NCBI GenBank assembly: GCA_965237805.1
Contig: OZ250153.1
Location: 1,152,001 to 1,216,000, forward strand
Direction: 5' to 3'
Origin: Gammaproteobacteria bacterium
GTDB taxonomy: Bacteria; Pseudomonadota; Gammaproteobacteria; JABABF01
Length of the DNA: 64,000 bases
In this document: positions 1-9,361 of the stretch, piece after piece
How the letters are laid out: each line of letters opens with the position of its first letter
Numbering within the stretch: position 1 is the first letter of the stretch
Notes under the pieces: model-generated
Told to the model about the DNA's origin: nothing
The model's database searches: none
What the model saw: the letters and a program-made list of their open reading frames with translations, nothing else
Translations under genes and position numbers: made by a program

Positions 1-121
1 GCGTGTGGATGCGCGTCTTCTAGCCGTTGCATCCACACGCCACCAACTCGGGAAAGCTCCGAGTCCCATAGTCAATATGGGAATAAAGCACTGTGCAGCT
101 GACAGCCTCACAGTGTTTTTT
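1..121 (+). other. Cluster of four adjacent hairpins ending in a T-tract (structured RNA 3' end or terminator)
   Basis: GCGTGTGGATGC(1-12)/GCATCCACACGC(29-40); ACTCGG(46-51)/CCGAGT(59-64); TCCCATA(64-70)/TATGGGA(76-82); CACTGTG(89-95)/CACAGTG(109-115) followed by TTTTTT. Confidence 0.5.
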
Positions 122-246
122 CTGTGTACTAGGCTAGTTTAGCAATCCTTGACGCCCCTGCATTTTGTGCGCCACATCTGCCACTTGTATGGTGGCAATG
201 CAATACAGGCATGACACAGCGCTTCTAGCAGCCGTGGGTGCCGAGC

Positions 247-530
247 CTAGCAGAGCGTACCCGACGGCGTATGAGGAACTTGGGCCTGCTGTTGGATGAA
301 TTCTTGCAATAAAGGCAGGCCGAAAGTGTAGCGACCGTGTCGATTTTTGAACAGCCAGCCCTGTTCGGCCAGCCTCGCTAGCATTTGGTTGATATTGCTG
401 GTGCTGAAGGGTTTGCCGAGCCCCTGCGATGCCTGTGCGATCTGCTGGATGGAGAATTCTTCCTCGTGGTGTTCCAGCTGCGCGATGATCTGCAGCAACT
501 CGCGTTGGCGGTCAGTGGCTTTTGCCCAGC
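247..530 (-). pseudogene. Orphan C-terminal winged-helix fragment of an AAA-type ATP-binding protein
   Basis: WAKATDRQRELLQIIAQL...FSTSNINQMLARLAEQGWLFKNRHGRYTFGLPLL resembles the wHTH tail of AAA ATPases. It begins right after the maeB stop with no start codon of its own. Confidence 0.55.
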
Positions 531-532
531 CC

Positions 533-1783
533 CTACTCCCCCAACGGATACCAATCCGGGTACCCCAGCCGGGCCACGCCGCTGTCCACGGCGGCTCGTG
601 CCACGGCACCAGCTATGCGGCCCAGTAGTCGTGGGTCCAAGGGCTTGGGAATGATGTAGTCCGGCCCGTATTCCAACGAGTTCACGTTGTAGGCTTGCAG
701 CACTTCTGCGGGTACCGGCTCGCGGGCCAACTCGGCCAAGGCTTGGGCGGAGGCGACTTTCATTTCCTCATTGATGCGCCGCGCTCCCACATCCAGCGCG
801 CCGCGGAAGATGAACGGGAAGCCGAGCACGTTGTTCACTTGGTTGGGGTAGTCCGAGCGGCCGGTCGCCATGATCAGATCGTCGCGCAATGCCAAGGCTG
901 TCTCCGGGGCGATTTCGGGGTCGGGGTTGGAGCAGGCAAAGATGATGGGCTTGGGAGCCATGCTCTGTAGGGCTTCGCTCGGTAGCAGGTTGGCTCCGGA
1001 CAAGCCGACGAAGACATCGGCACCCATGCAGGCATCCGCCAAGCTGCGGGCATCGGTGTCGCGGGCGAATTCCTGTTTGTAGGAGTTCATGCCCTCGCTA
1101 CGCCCTTCGTAGATCACGCCCTTGCTGTCCACCATCAGCAGCTGGTCGCGGCGCGCGCCAGCGGCGATGAAGATCTTCATGCAGGCGATGGCTGCCGCAC
1201 CGGCACCGAGGCAGACGATTTGCGCATCCTCTATGCGTTTGCCCTGGATGTCGAGCGCGTTCAACAGGCCAGCCAAGGTAACCAGCGCGGTGCCGTGTTG
1301 GTCGTCGTGGAAGATCGGGATGTCGCATTGCTCGATCAGTGCGCGCTCGATCTCAAAGCAATCCGGTGCCTTGATATCCTCCAAGTTGATGCCGCCGAAG
1401 CTGCAGGAGATGCGCCGCACGGTGTCGATAAAGGCTTGGGGGTCGGTCTCGTCGACTTCGATGTCAATGGAATCCACCGCCCCGAAGCGCTTGAACAGTA
1501 GCGATTTTCCCTCCATCACTGGCTTGCTGGCCAGTGCGCCGAGATTGCCCAGCCCCAGTATCGCCGTGCCATTGGAGATCACGGCCACCAAGTTGCCCTT
1601 GATGGTGTAGCGGTAGGCCTCGTCGGGGTTTGCGGCGATCTCGCGTACCGGCTCGGCCACGCCGGGGCTGTAGGCCAGCGCCAAGTCATGTTGGCTCTCG
1701 GCCGGGGTGGTCAGCTCCACGGAGATCTTGCCCGGTTTGGGCTTGGCATGATAGTCCAGTGCTTCTTGTTTTTTGTAACTCAT
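533..1783 (-). CDS. maeB: NAD(P)-dependent malic enzyme (short form, no PTA domain)
   Basis: AYSPGVAEP, NGTAILGLG, KPVMEGK, INLEDI, FHDDQHGT, GAGAA, TGRSDYPNQVNN motifs. Confidence 0.95.
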   Translation of the reverse strand: MSYKKQEALDYHAKPKPGKISVELTTPAESQHDLALAYSPGVAEPVREIAANPDEAYRYTIKGNLVAVISNGTAILGLGNLGALASKPVMEGKSLLFKRFGAVDSIDIEVDETDPQAFIDTVRRISCSFGGINLEDIKAPDCFEIERALIEQCDIPIFHDDQHGTALVTLAGLLNALDIQGKRIEDAQIVCLGAGAAAIACMKIFIAAGARRDQLLMVDSKGVIYEGRSEGMNSYKQEFARDTDARSLADACMGADVFVGLSGANLLPSEALQSMAPKPIIFACSNPDPEIAPETALALRDDLIMATGRSDYPNQVNNVLGFPFIFRGALDVGARRINEEMKVASAQALAELAREPVPAEVLQAYNVNSLEYGPDYIIPKPLDPRLLGRIAGAVARAAVDSGVARLGYPDWYPLGE

Positions 1784-1869
1784 TGTTCTTGTCCTACATG
1801 GGATTTGTTTGGCTAATCTGTCTTTGCTTGAGATGGGATAGCCGCACCGCGTCGTGTGCGTGTGCCCCC

Positions 1870-2709
1870 TCAGGGGGCATCAATGCCGTGGCAGTCCTTG
1901 TCTGGGCGGCGCATCAGTAGGGCGGGATGATGCAGGGACATGCGCAACCGTGCCAGCCCGTCGCCACTGCGTCCCGCTATCACCAGCCAACCGCGCAATT
2001 CTATGCAGGTGCCGCCCGGGGTATCCCACAGCCAGTGGTCGCGGAAATACACCAGCGAGGCGCTGGGTACCGGCAGATAGAGCCGTTTGCCCATCAGCAG
2101 CGCCGAGCGCCGTCGCTGGCCAAAGGTGCGCGCAACGCCCAGCACGCGGCGGAATCCGGTGTCGGCGCTGCCCAGCGAGGCCACCGGGCGTGCCGCGTAG
2201 TAGGGTTCGTCCCACACGCCACGCAGCGCTTCGCGCGCCTCGGCCTCGGCCGCCGCATATTCTTCCCAGTGTGCCGTGTTCGGCGGAATCATCGCCTGCA
2301 TCCCCAGCCCTTGGCGCAGCAGCTCCGCTGCCAGTAGCCGCCCGTCGGGGTGGCGCGCATGGGCCAGCAGGCGACCGTAGCGGTCTCGCCGCTCGCTGCC
2401 GCTCTGTAACAGCACCCGGTAGCGGGGATTGTCCGTCCCGATCAGGGTTTGCAATGCCGACCGTGCTGTCTCTGCCAGTGGTTCTGGCATGCCCCTGCGC
2501 CGACCGCGCAGGCGCAGCTCGGGGGTGTTGATGCCGATCAGCCGCAGCTTTTCGCCATTCTTGAGTCGCAGTGTGTCGCCGTCCACCACCTGCAGCACTT
2601 GCCGCCACTCGCTCTGTTGGACCCCGGGTACCGCAGCATTCGCCGCCATGGCCGCTGAGCCCAGCCACAATGCGGTGAGCAAGGCAGTCCATCTGTGGGC
2701 GCACACCAT
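1870..2709 (-). CDS. Thermonuclease (SNase-like) family secreted nuclease
   Basis: Signal peptide; VVDGDTL, RLIGINTPE, DRYGRLLA, EAEAREALRGVW motifs. Confidence 0.85.
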   Translation of the reverse strand: MVCAHRWTALLTALWLGSAAMAANAAVPGVQQSEWRQVLQVVDGDTLRLKNGEKLRLIGINTPELRLRGRRRGMPEPLAETARSALQTLIGTDNPRYRVLLQSGSERRDRYGRLLAHARHPDGRLLAAELLRQGLGMQAMIPPNTAHWEEYAAAEAEAREALRGVWDEPYYAARPVASLGSADTGFRRVLGVARTFGQRRRSALLMGKRLYLPVPSASLVYFRDHWLWDTPGGTCIELRGWLVIAGRSGDGLARLRMSLHHPALLMRRPDKDCHGIDAP

Positions 2710-2771
2710 ATTGAAGCACGATGGATGGTGACGGGGACGGCGGGCAAAGCACCCGCCAGCGGAGTACCCGC

Positions 2772-2999
2772 TCAGTCCGTCGCAGGCTCCTGCCCCGTGT
2801 CACCGAAGCGTTTTCGGAAGCGATCCACCCGACCGCCCGTATCGATGATTTTCTGCTGGCCAGTGAAAAAAGGATGGCACTTTGAGCAAACCTCAATGGA
2901 GATCTGCTTGGCGGCGAGTGTCGAGCGTGTCTGCAGCTCATTGCCGCAGCTACAACGCACGGTGATGTCCTGATAGTTGGGATGGATGCCAGCTCTCAT
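2772..2999 (-). CDS. rpmE: 50S ribosomal protein L31 (Zn-binding type)
   Basis: [30 protein letters not shown]. Confidence 0.97.
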   Translation of the reverse strand: MRAGIHPNYQDITVRCSCGNELQTRSTLAAKQISIEVCSKCHPFFTGQQKIIDTGGRVDRFRKRFGDTGQEPATD

Positions 3000-3087
3000 A
3001 ATTTACTCCAAGCTGCCCCAATGGCATGCTGATTTCGCTTCTTGTCTCTGACTATTTTAGCAAAATTTGGCGACGGCGGGCGATACA

Positions 3088-5358
3088 ATGCCAGAGTCGC
3101 CGCCACGCACCGAGTCCTTGCCCCCTGCCTCCAAGTCTGCGCGCAAGCCGCAGCCCCCGCAAAACGGGTTTTCCGGCACTGTATTGCGAGTCGCCCTGCC
3201 GGTGCCGTTGCGGCGGCTGTTCGACTATCTGTTGCCAACGGATGCGCCGCCGGGATCGGTGTTTCCCGGTAGCCGTCTACAGTTGCCTTTCGGCCCGCGC
3301 CAACTGCTCGGTGTCGTTGTCGAGTCGGCGGCGGGTAGCGATTTACCGTCGTCTAAGCTGCGTGCGGCCACCCGTTTGCTGGATGCCGAGCCGGTCTTTG
3401 ACCCAACGCTGCTATCGCTGTGTCGGCGCGTGGCCCGCTATTACCAGTGTCCGCCCGGCATCGCATTGCACACAGCATTGCCAGCGGCGTTGCGCCGAAG
3501 TCGCGCCAAACGCGTGGTGCGCTACTGTCTGAACCACGCTGGCGTCGCTGACAGCCACCCGCGCCGAGCCGATATCTGCGCTGCGCTGGCGCGGGGGGTG
3601 GCGCTGTCGACGGCGGAGTTGGGCGCGCTCGGGATCAGCCCTGGGCGGCTGCGCACGGCGCGTCGGGCGGGGCTGATCGAGCTGGCCGCCGCCGCGCCGC
3701 TGTCGCTGCCCACCCCCGCCGTGCCGCCGATACTGGGGACGGGCGACGAGCCGCCCTTGGCGCTACGCGCCGAGCAACGCCAAGTGGTGGCGGCGGTGCG
3801 GGATGCCTTTGGCGGTTTCCGGCCCTTCCTGCTGCACGGCATCGCTGGTAGCGGCAAGACGGAGGTCTATCTGCATCTGATCGCCGAGGCTTTGGAGCGC
3901 GGCCTGCAGGTGCTGATACTGGTGCCGGAGATCGGTTTGACACCGCAGCTGCTGCGCCGTATCCGCCGTCGCTTCAAAGTGCCGATTGCGCTGTCCCATT
4001 CCGGCCTCAGCCCGCGCGAGCGGCTGGATTGCTGGGCCGCCGCGCGCAGCGATCAGGCACCAGTTGTCGTCGGCACCCGCTCGGCGGTCTTCACGCCGCT
4101 GGCGCGGCCCGGGCTGATCATTGTCGACGAGGAGCACGACCCTTCTTTCAAGCAGCACAGCGGACTGATGTATTCGGGCCGCGATGTGGCGGTGATGCGG
4201 GCGCAGCAGCAGGGGGTGCCGGTGCTGCTGGGATCGGCCACGCCCAGCTTGGAGAGCTTGCGCAACTGCCATGTCGGGCGCTATGCCCTGTTGCGTTTGG
4301 AGCAGCGCGCCAACGAGCGAGCGCCGCCCGTGCCGCAGCTGATCGACCTGAGCCAGCACCAAGAGCTGCGCGGCGGCCTGTCGCAGCCGCTGATCGAGGC
4401 GGTCGGCGATGTGCTGCATGCGGGCCGTCAAGTGCTGTTGTTCCTGAACCGGCGCGGTTATGCTCCAGCGCTGTGCTGCAAGCAATGCGGCTGGCATGCG
4501 GACTGCCCGGATTGCGATGCGCAGCTGGTGCTGCACGAGGGTCAATCGGGGTTGTGCTGCCACCACTGCGGGCGCAACGAGCCGGTTCCCGGGCGCTGTC
4601 CCAGCTGTGGCGTCGCTTCGCTGCGTCCCAGCGGCTATGGCACGCAGCGCAACGAGCGGGCGTTGCGCGGCCTATTCCCTGGCGTGCCAATCCACCGCAT
4701 CGATCGTGATGCCACTGCTGAGAGCGGTCAAGAGGAGCTGCTGGCGGCGATACCGCGCAGCGGGGCCTGCATCCTGCTCGGCACGCAGATGCTGGCCAAG
4801 GGGCATCATTTCCCGGAGGTCACGCTGGCCTGTGTGCTCGATGCTGACAGTGGCTTGTTCAACCCCAATTACCGTAGCATTGAACGCTTGGGGCAGCTGC
4901 TGGTGCAGGTGGCCGGACGCGCCGGGCGCCAGCGCCACAGCGGCAAGGTTTTGGTGCAGACCCTGCATCCGGCACACCCGTTATTCGAGACGCTGTTCCA
5001 GTTTGGCTACACGGCCTTCGCCGAGCGCCTGCTGGCCGACAGCGAGGCGCGCGGTCGCCCGCCCTCAGTGCATATGGCGCTCCTGCGCGCCGCCGCTCCC
5101 AAGGCGGAGTTGGCGCTGGACTTCCTGCGCACGGCGCGGCGCTGGGTCGAGGGCGGTGCCTGCCGCCTGCTGGGGCCCTTGCCGGCCTTGCCAGCACGCC
5201 GCGCTGGACGGCACCACTACTTTCTGTCGCTGGAGTGCCCCCGGCGCGAGCCCTTGCAGGCTGTGTTGACGGAGCTGTGCCAGCGGCTGGAGGTGCGGCG
5301 TCGCCCCGCCGGGCTACGCTGGACGGTGGATGTGGGATGTGGATATGGAGGCGGGTAG
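3088..5358 (+). CDS. priA: Primosomal protein N'
   Basis: GIAGSGKTEVY, LVPEIGLTPQ, DEEHD, Cys-rich Zn region, GTQMLAKGHHFP, QVAGRAGR. Start is uncertain and the C-terminus is atypical. Confidence 0.95.
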   Translation: MPESPPRTESLPPASKSARKPQPPQNGFSGTVLRVALPVPLRRLFDYLLPTDAPPGSVFPGSRLQLPFGPRQLLGVVVESAAGSDLPSSKLRAATRLLDAEPVFDPTLLSLCRRVARYYQCPPGIALHTALPAALRRSRAKRVVRYCLNHAGVADSHPRRADICAALARGVALSTAELGALGISPGRLRTARRAGLIELAAAAPLSLPTPAVPPILGTGDEPPLALRAEQRQVVAAVRDAFGGFRPFLLHGIAGSGKTEVYLHLIAEALERGLQVLILVPEIGLTPQLLRRIRRRFKVPIALSHSGLSPRERLDCWAAARSDQAPVVVGTRSAVFTPLARPGLIIVDEEHDPSFKQHSGLMYSGRDVAVMRAQQQGVPVLLGSATPSLESLRNCHVGRYALLRLEQRANERAPPVPQLIDLSQHQELRGGLSQPLIEAVGDVLHAGRQVLLFLNRRGYAPALCCKQCGWHADCPDCDAQLVLHEGQSGLCCHHCGRNEPVPGRCPSCGVASLRPSGYGTQRNERALRGLFPGVPIHRIDRDATAESGQEELLAAIPRSGACILLGTQMLAKGHHFPEVTLACVLDADSGLFNPNYRSIERLGQLLVQVAGRAGRQRHSGKVLVQTLHPAHPLFETLFQFGYTAFAERLLADSEARGRPPSVHMALLRAAAPKAELALDFLRTARRWVEGGACRLLGPLPALPARRAGRHHYFLSLECPRREPLQAVLTELCQRLEVRRRPAGLRWTVDVGCGYGGG

Positions 5359-5410
5359 CGTGGAGGATATGGGCTGAGGGATGCGTGCCGACGGATTGTC
5401 CCGCGCTACT

Positions 5411-6178
5411 TCAGCGCTTCGAGAAAAACTCGTCGACGACTTGCTTGACCGCGTTGTCGACCGCTAGCGAGATCGCTTTTTTGCGTGAGCTGGCAACCGT
5501 GATGATGGAACCGTCCCGCGCACGATTGGGGATGCCCTCCTCACAGGCATCTACCATTCCGTAGCCGATAGCCTGCCCAGCGTATTTCACTGTCGCGGTC
5601 TGTACCTCAATCAGCTGCAGCTGCAGCGTTGCTGTGATTTCCACCACTTGGCAGGCCACTGTGATTCGGTAGGGGCTCAGGTCGGGGTTATAGCCGGAAT
5701 TGAGCTCATTTTGGACGTGCAGTAGGTTGATGTCGTGGTGCCAAATATGAGCCTCGTATGACACTTGGCCTGAGGCGACGTGATCAAATCCGATCAGTCT
5801 GCCCACCTGCGCCGCATTCGCCAGCTGTATATCGTTCAGGTTGCCGGTCTCGCGCCTGCCCAAGAGGCGATTCAATTTTTTGCGACCGAGCACATTGAAG
5901 AAGGGCTGGCCTGCAACTTTTTTACGGCTCATGGCACGGGTGAGCTTCGTGGCGGCGATACCGGTACCCAGCGCCCCCCGCCACTGTTTGTTGTAATGTT
6001 CCTCGAATGGAAAGATGGCGATCCGCGCCCCTTGGGGCAATGCATAGGAGACAGGTTCAGCGGGCGGCGCGGCGAGCTGCTCCGACGGCACGCCACCGCA
6101 GGCCGTCCCCAGCAGCGTCGCGAGGGTGATGGCCAGGAAAAGTAGCACCGGGGAGCGGGAGTTTTGCTTGGCGGGCAT
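5411..6178 (-). CDS. Predicted lipoprotein, CsgG/HfaB/LpoB-like fold
   Basis: Signal peptide with lipobox LGTA-C; RIAIFPF...AAQVGRLIGFDHVASGQV pattern. Confidence 0.6.
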   Translation of the reverse strand: MPAKQNSRSPVLLFLAITLATLLGTACGGVPSEQLAAPPAEPVSYALPQGARIAIFPFEEHYNKQWRGALGTGIAATKLTRAMSRKKVAGQPFFNVLGRKKLNRLLGRRETGNLNDIQLANAAQVGRLIGFDHVASGQVSYEAHIWHHDINLLHVQNELNSGYNPDLSPYRITVACQVVEITATLQLQLIEVQTATVKYAGQAIGYGMVDACEEGIPNRARDGSIITVASSRKKAISLAVDNAVKQVVDEFFSKR

Positions 6179-6492
6179 TTGCTGATGGTGGGGCTGACGG
6201 TGGCGCGTTGGCTTGTTTGTTGCTGCCCCGTACTATAGCGGCATACAGGAGTGGCATCACAGGCGCGCGGTCATCGATCTTCCCCTGTTGGTATCGAGTG
6301 CCCGCGGTGGCGGGTGGCAATCAATTTGTCTTCGACGCAGCTGTAGCTCCGGGCAGCTGTTGCCTGGGGGGCTCGATGATTGCCGCGCAGCTCTCGGTGT
6401 CCGAGGTGCAGGAGCGAGACCATGCTTTCCTCCCTGCTAAAATCTCTCTACTTCGCCTCCCGTGCGCTTTTGTTGGCCGCGTTTCCCCCGCT

Positions 6493-8250
6493 ATGAAACA
6501 AGCCATCGTCGAGTTGCTCAAGGCCGGGATGCGGCAGTTGCAGGCCGCCGGGCAATTGCCCGCCAGCGCCGAGCTCCCCACCCCGCGCGTCGAACGCCCG
6601 CGCGCGGCGGTGGGGGGCGATTACGCCAGCAACGCCGCCTTTTTGCTCGCCCCCTTGCTCGGTGCCAAGCCGCGTGAGGCCGCCGAGCAGCTCTGTGGTG
6701 TCTTGCAGCTGCCGCCGGAGATCCAGCGGGTCGAGGTGGCGGGCGCGGGCTTTCTCAACTTTTTCTCCAGCGAGGCGGCGGAGTTCGCCGTGCTGCGCGA
6801 GGTGCTGGATGCCGGTGCGGACTATGGCTGCGCCGCACGCAATGGCCGTAGTGCACTGGTGGAGTTTGTCTCGGCCAATCCCACCGGGCCGCTCCATGTG
6901 GGACATGGCCGCGGGGCGGCCTACGGTGCCAGCCTCGCCAACATGCTTGCGGCGGCTGGCTATGAGGTCAGCTGTGAATACTATGTCAACGATGCTGGCC
7001 GTCAAGCGGATTTGCTGGGGCTCAGCGGTTGGCTGCGCTATCTGCAGCTGCGCGGCGTGGCGCTGGACTTTCCCGACGGCGCCTATCGCGGCGACTATCT
7101 GCAAGCACATGCCGAGGCGCTGGCTGACAAGTGGGGCGATGAGTTGTGTGTTGCAGCCGATTCCCTACCAGCTCGTGGTGTTGCGGCGGGGGCGGAGCCA
7201 GAGAGCGACGATGCCTATCTGGACCGGCTGATCGTCGCCGCTCGCGAGGCGCTGGGGGCGGCTTTCGATGATGCCCGCGATTTTCTGCTGGAGCGGGTGC
7301 GCAGCGGCATCCAAGCCGAGCTCGAGGCCTGTGGCGTGTACTACGACCGCTGGTTTTCCGAGCGCGAGCTGCTCGCAGAGGGTGCTGTGGAGCGCGCTGT
7401 GGAGCGCCTGCGCGAGGCCGGTGCAGTCGAGCAGCGCGAGGGTGCGCTGTGGTTCCTGGCCAGCCGTCACGGCGACGACAAGGATCGGGTGCTGCGCCGC
7501 AGCGATGGGCGTTTTACCTATTACGCCGCCGACATCGCCTACCACTTGAATAAATTCGAGCGTGGCTTCGATTTGGCGGTCAATGTCTGGGGTGCAGATC
7601 ACCACGGCTATATCGCGCGTCTGCGCGCCGCACTGGAGCAGCTGGGCATTGAGCGAGCGCGGCTCGATATCCACTTGGTGCAGTTTGTCGCGTTGTGTCG
7701 TGGTGGCGAGCGGGTGCAGATGTCCACTCGCAGCGGCGAATTCGATAGCTTAGAGCAGCTGCGCGAGGAGGTCGGCCGCGATGCGACGCGTTTCTTCTAT
7801 GTCATGCGCCGCGCCGACCAGGCGGCCAACTTCGATTTGGAGTTGGCCTGCTCCAACAGCCGCGACAACCCGGTCTACTACATCCAATACGCCCACGCTC
7901 GGGTGTGCAGCCTCGACCGCGAGCTGGCCAAGCGCGAGCTGAGCCACGACCGCCAAGGTGGTCTGGCTGCCGTCGCCCTCTTGGTAGAAGAGGAGGAAAA
8001 AGCCTTGGCGCAGCGCGTGGCCGAATATCCGGAGCGGCTGGCGCGGGCGGCGGCACAGGCTCAGCCGCACGAGTTGGCCAACTATCTGCGCGAATTGGCG
8101 AGTCTATTTCACGCCTACTATCACCGCTGTCCGCTACTGGTCGACGATGCCGCCCTGCGCGATGCCCGTCTGTGTCTGGCCTATGCGGTGCGCCAGGTAC
8201 TCGCCAATGGTTGCGCCTTGCTCGGCGTGACGGCTCCGGAGCAGCTGTGA
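6493..8250 (+). CDS. argS: Arginine--tRNA ligase
   Basis: VEFVSANPTGPLHVGHGR, YYVNDAGRQ, WGADHHGY, MSTRSG, YYIQYAHAR. ATG at 6493 chosen over the longer ORF. Confidence 0.96.
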   Translation: MKQAIVELLKAGMRQLQAAGQLPASAELPTPRVERPRAAVGGDYASNAAFLLAPLLGAKPREAAEQLCGVLQLPPEIQRVEVAGAGFLNFFSSEAAEFAVLREVLDAGADYGCAARNGRSALVEFVSANPTGPLHVGHGRGAAYGASLANMLAAAGYEVSCEYYVNDAGRQADLLGLSGWLRYLQLRGVALDFPDGAYRGDYLQAHAEALADKWGDELCVAADSLPARGVAAGAEPESDDAYLDRLIVAAREALGAAFDDARDFLLERVRSGIQAELEACGVYYDRWFSERELLAEGAVERAVERLREAGAVEQREGALWFLASRHGDDKDRVLRRSDGRFTYYAADIAYHLNKFERGFDLAVNVWGADHHGYIARLRAALEQLGIERARLDIHLVQFVALCRGGERVQMSTRSGEFDSLEQLREEVGRDATRFFYVMRRADQAANFDLELACSNSRDNPVYYIQYAHARVCSLDRELAKRELSHDRQGGLAAVALLVEEEEKALAQRVAEYPERLARAAAQAQPHELANYLRELASLFHAYYHRCPLLVDDAALRDARLCLAYAVRQVLANGCALLGVTAPEQL

Positions 8251-8810
8251 TGGTCAGCTCGAGTCAAAGTTCCGTGCGCCGTAGCCAGCGCCGCGTCGAG
8301 TCCCAAAAATCTATCCAGTGGGGGATGCTGGGGGCCGGTTTTGCCGCCGGGCTGATCGTCGGTGCCGTGTTGGCCTCGGTTTTGCGCCGTCCGCCGCCCG
8401 AGCTGCCGCCGCCCGAGCCCATCGCTGCCGCACCGCCCGTCGCTGTGTTGCAGTTCCACAAGCTGTTGCGCGAGACCGAGGTGACAGTGCCCACCGATCA
8501 AATCACCCCGTGGCAGTCGCGCGACCGCTCCGAACGTCTGTTGCAGGTGGGGGCTTTCCGCAGCTGGCACGAGGCAGAGCTGCTGCGCAGCAGGTTGTTC
8601 TCGCAACGGCTCAAGCCTTTTATCGACTCGGTGCAGAGCGATACCGGCACTTGGCATCGCGTCCAGCTCGGCCCCTTTGATACACTGCTACTGTTGCGCA
8701 CCACGCAGGATAAACTGATCGCACTCGAGTTGGACTCCATCGTCGTCTTGCGCGTGGCGGAGAGGACCGATGCGGGCACCGTCGAGGCCCCCTTAAAATC
8801 AACGCCATGA
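8250..8810 (+). CDS. SPOR-domain cell division protein (FtsN-like)
   Basis: TM segment, Pro-rich linker, LLQVGAFRS...[13 protein letters not shown] motif; ATG overlaps the argS stop; conserved argS-SPOR-hslV synteny. Confidence 0.85.
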   Translation: MVSSSQSSVRRSQRRVESQKSIQWGMLGAGFAAGLIVGAVLASVLRRPPPELPPPEPIAAAPPVAVLQFHKLLRETEVTVPTDQITPWQSRDRSERLLQVGAFRSWHEAELLRSRLFSQRLKPFIDSVQSDTGTWHRVQLGPFDTLLLLRTTQDKLIALELDSIVVLRVAERTDAGTVEAPLKSTP

Positions 8811-9361
8811 ACTCACTCCACGGTACCACTATCGTCTCGGTGCGCCGGAGCGGTCGCGTCGCGGTCGCCAGCGATGGCCAGGTGACACTCGGCAGCTCGG
8901 TGGTCAAGGGCAATGCCGACAAAGTGCGCCGCCTGTACAACAACACGGTGTTGGTCGGCTTTGCTGGCGGTGTTGCCGACGCGATGACGCTGACCGAACT
9001 GTTCGAGGCCGAGTTGGAAAAGTACCGCGGCCATTTGGTGCGTGCCGCGGTGGAATTGGCCAAGACCTGGCGCACCGAGCGGGCGCTGCGCCGCCTCGAG
9101 GCGCTGTTGGCGGTGGCCGACATCAAGACTTCGCTACTGATCAGCGGCACCGGCGAGGTCATCGAGCCGACGGATGGCATCCTCGCCATCGGCTCCGGCA
9201 GCGATCCGGCGTTGGCGGCTGCCCGCGCCCTGTTTGCGCACACTGAGCTGGCTGCCCGCGAGGTGGCGGTGGCGGCCTTGGCGGTGGCCGCCGAGATCTG
9301 CATCTATACCAATACGCACCTCTGCGTCGAGGAGCTGGGGCATGACGGCGATGACAGCTAA
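8807..9361 (+). CDS. hslV: ATP-dependent protease peptidase subunit HslV
   Basis: G|[38 protein letters not shown]. Confidence 0.96.
   Translation: MNSLHGTTIVSVRRSGRVAVASDGQVTLGSSVVKGNADKVRRLYNNTVLVGFAGGVADAMTLTELFEAELEKYRGHLVRAAVELAKTWRTERALRRLEALLAVADIKTSLLISGTGEVIEPTDGILAIGSGSDPALAAARALFAHTELAAREVAVAALAVAAEICIYTNTHLCVEELGHDGDDS

Noticed and set aside
531-546. Similarity of the maeB 3' end (minus strand CGTTGGGGGAGTAGGG) to the tRNA-array linker (CGTTGGGAGTAGGG)
   Set aside because: The match is short, gapped and G-rich, so plausible by chance
6208-6492. Long N-terminal extension of ArgS (likewise the extended ORFs for hslU, gshA, spoT, DUF482 and dsbB)
   Set aside because: These are longest-ORF artefacts in GC-rich DNA; homology starts at downstream start codons that couple to neighbouring genes
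8807-8827. HslV N-terminal extension MNSLHG before the catalytic Thr
   Set aside because: Short propeptides are known in many HslV proteins
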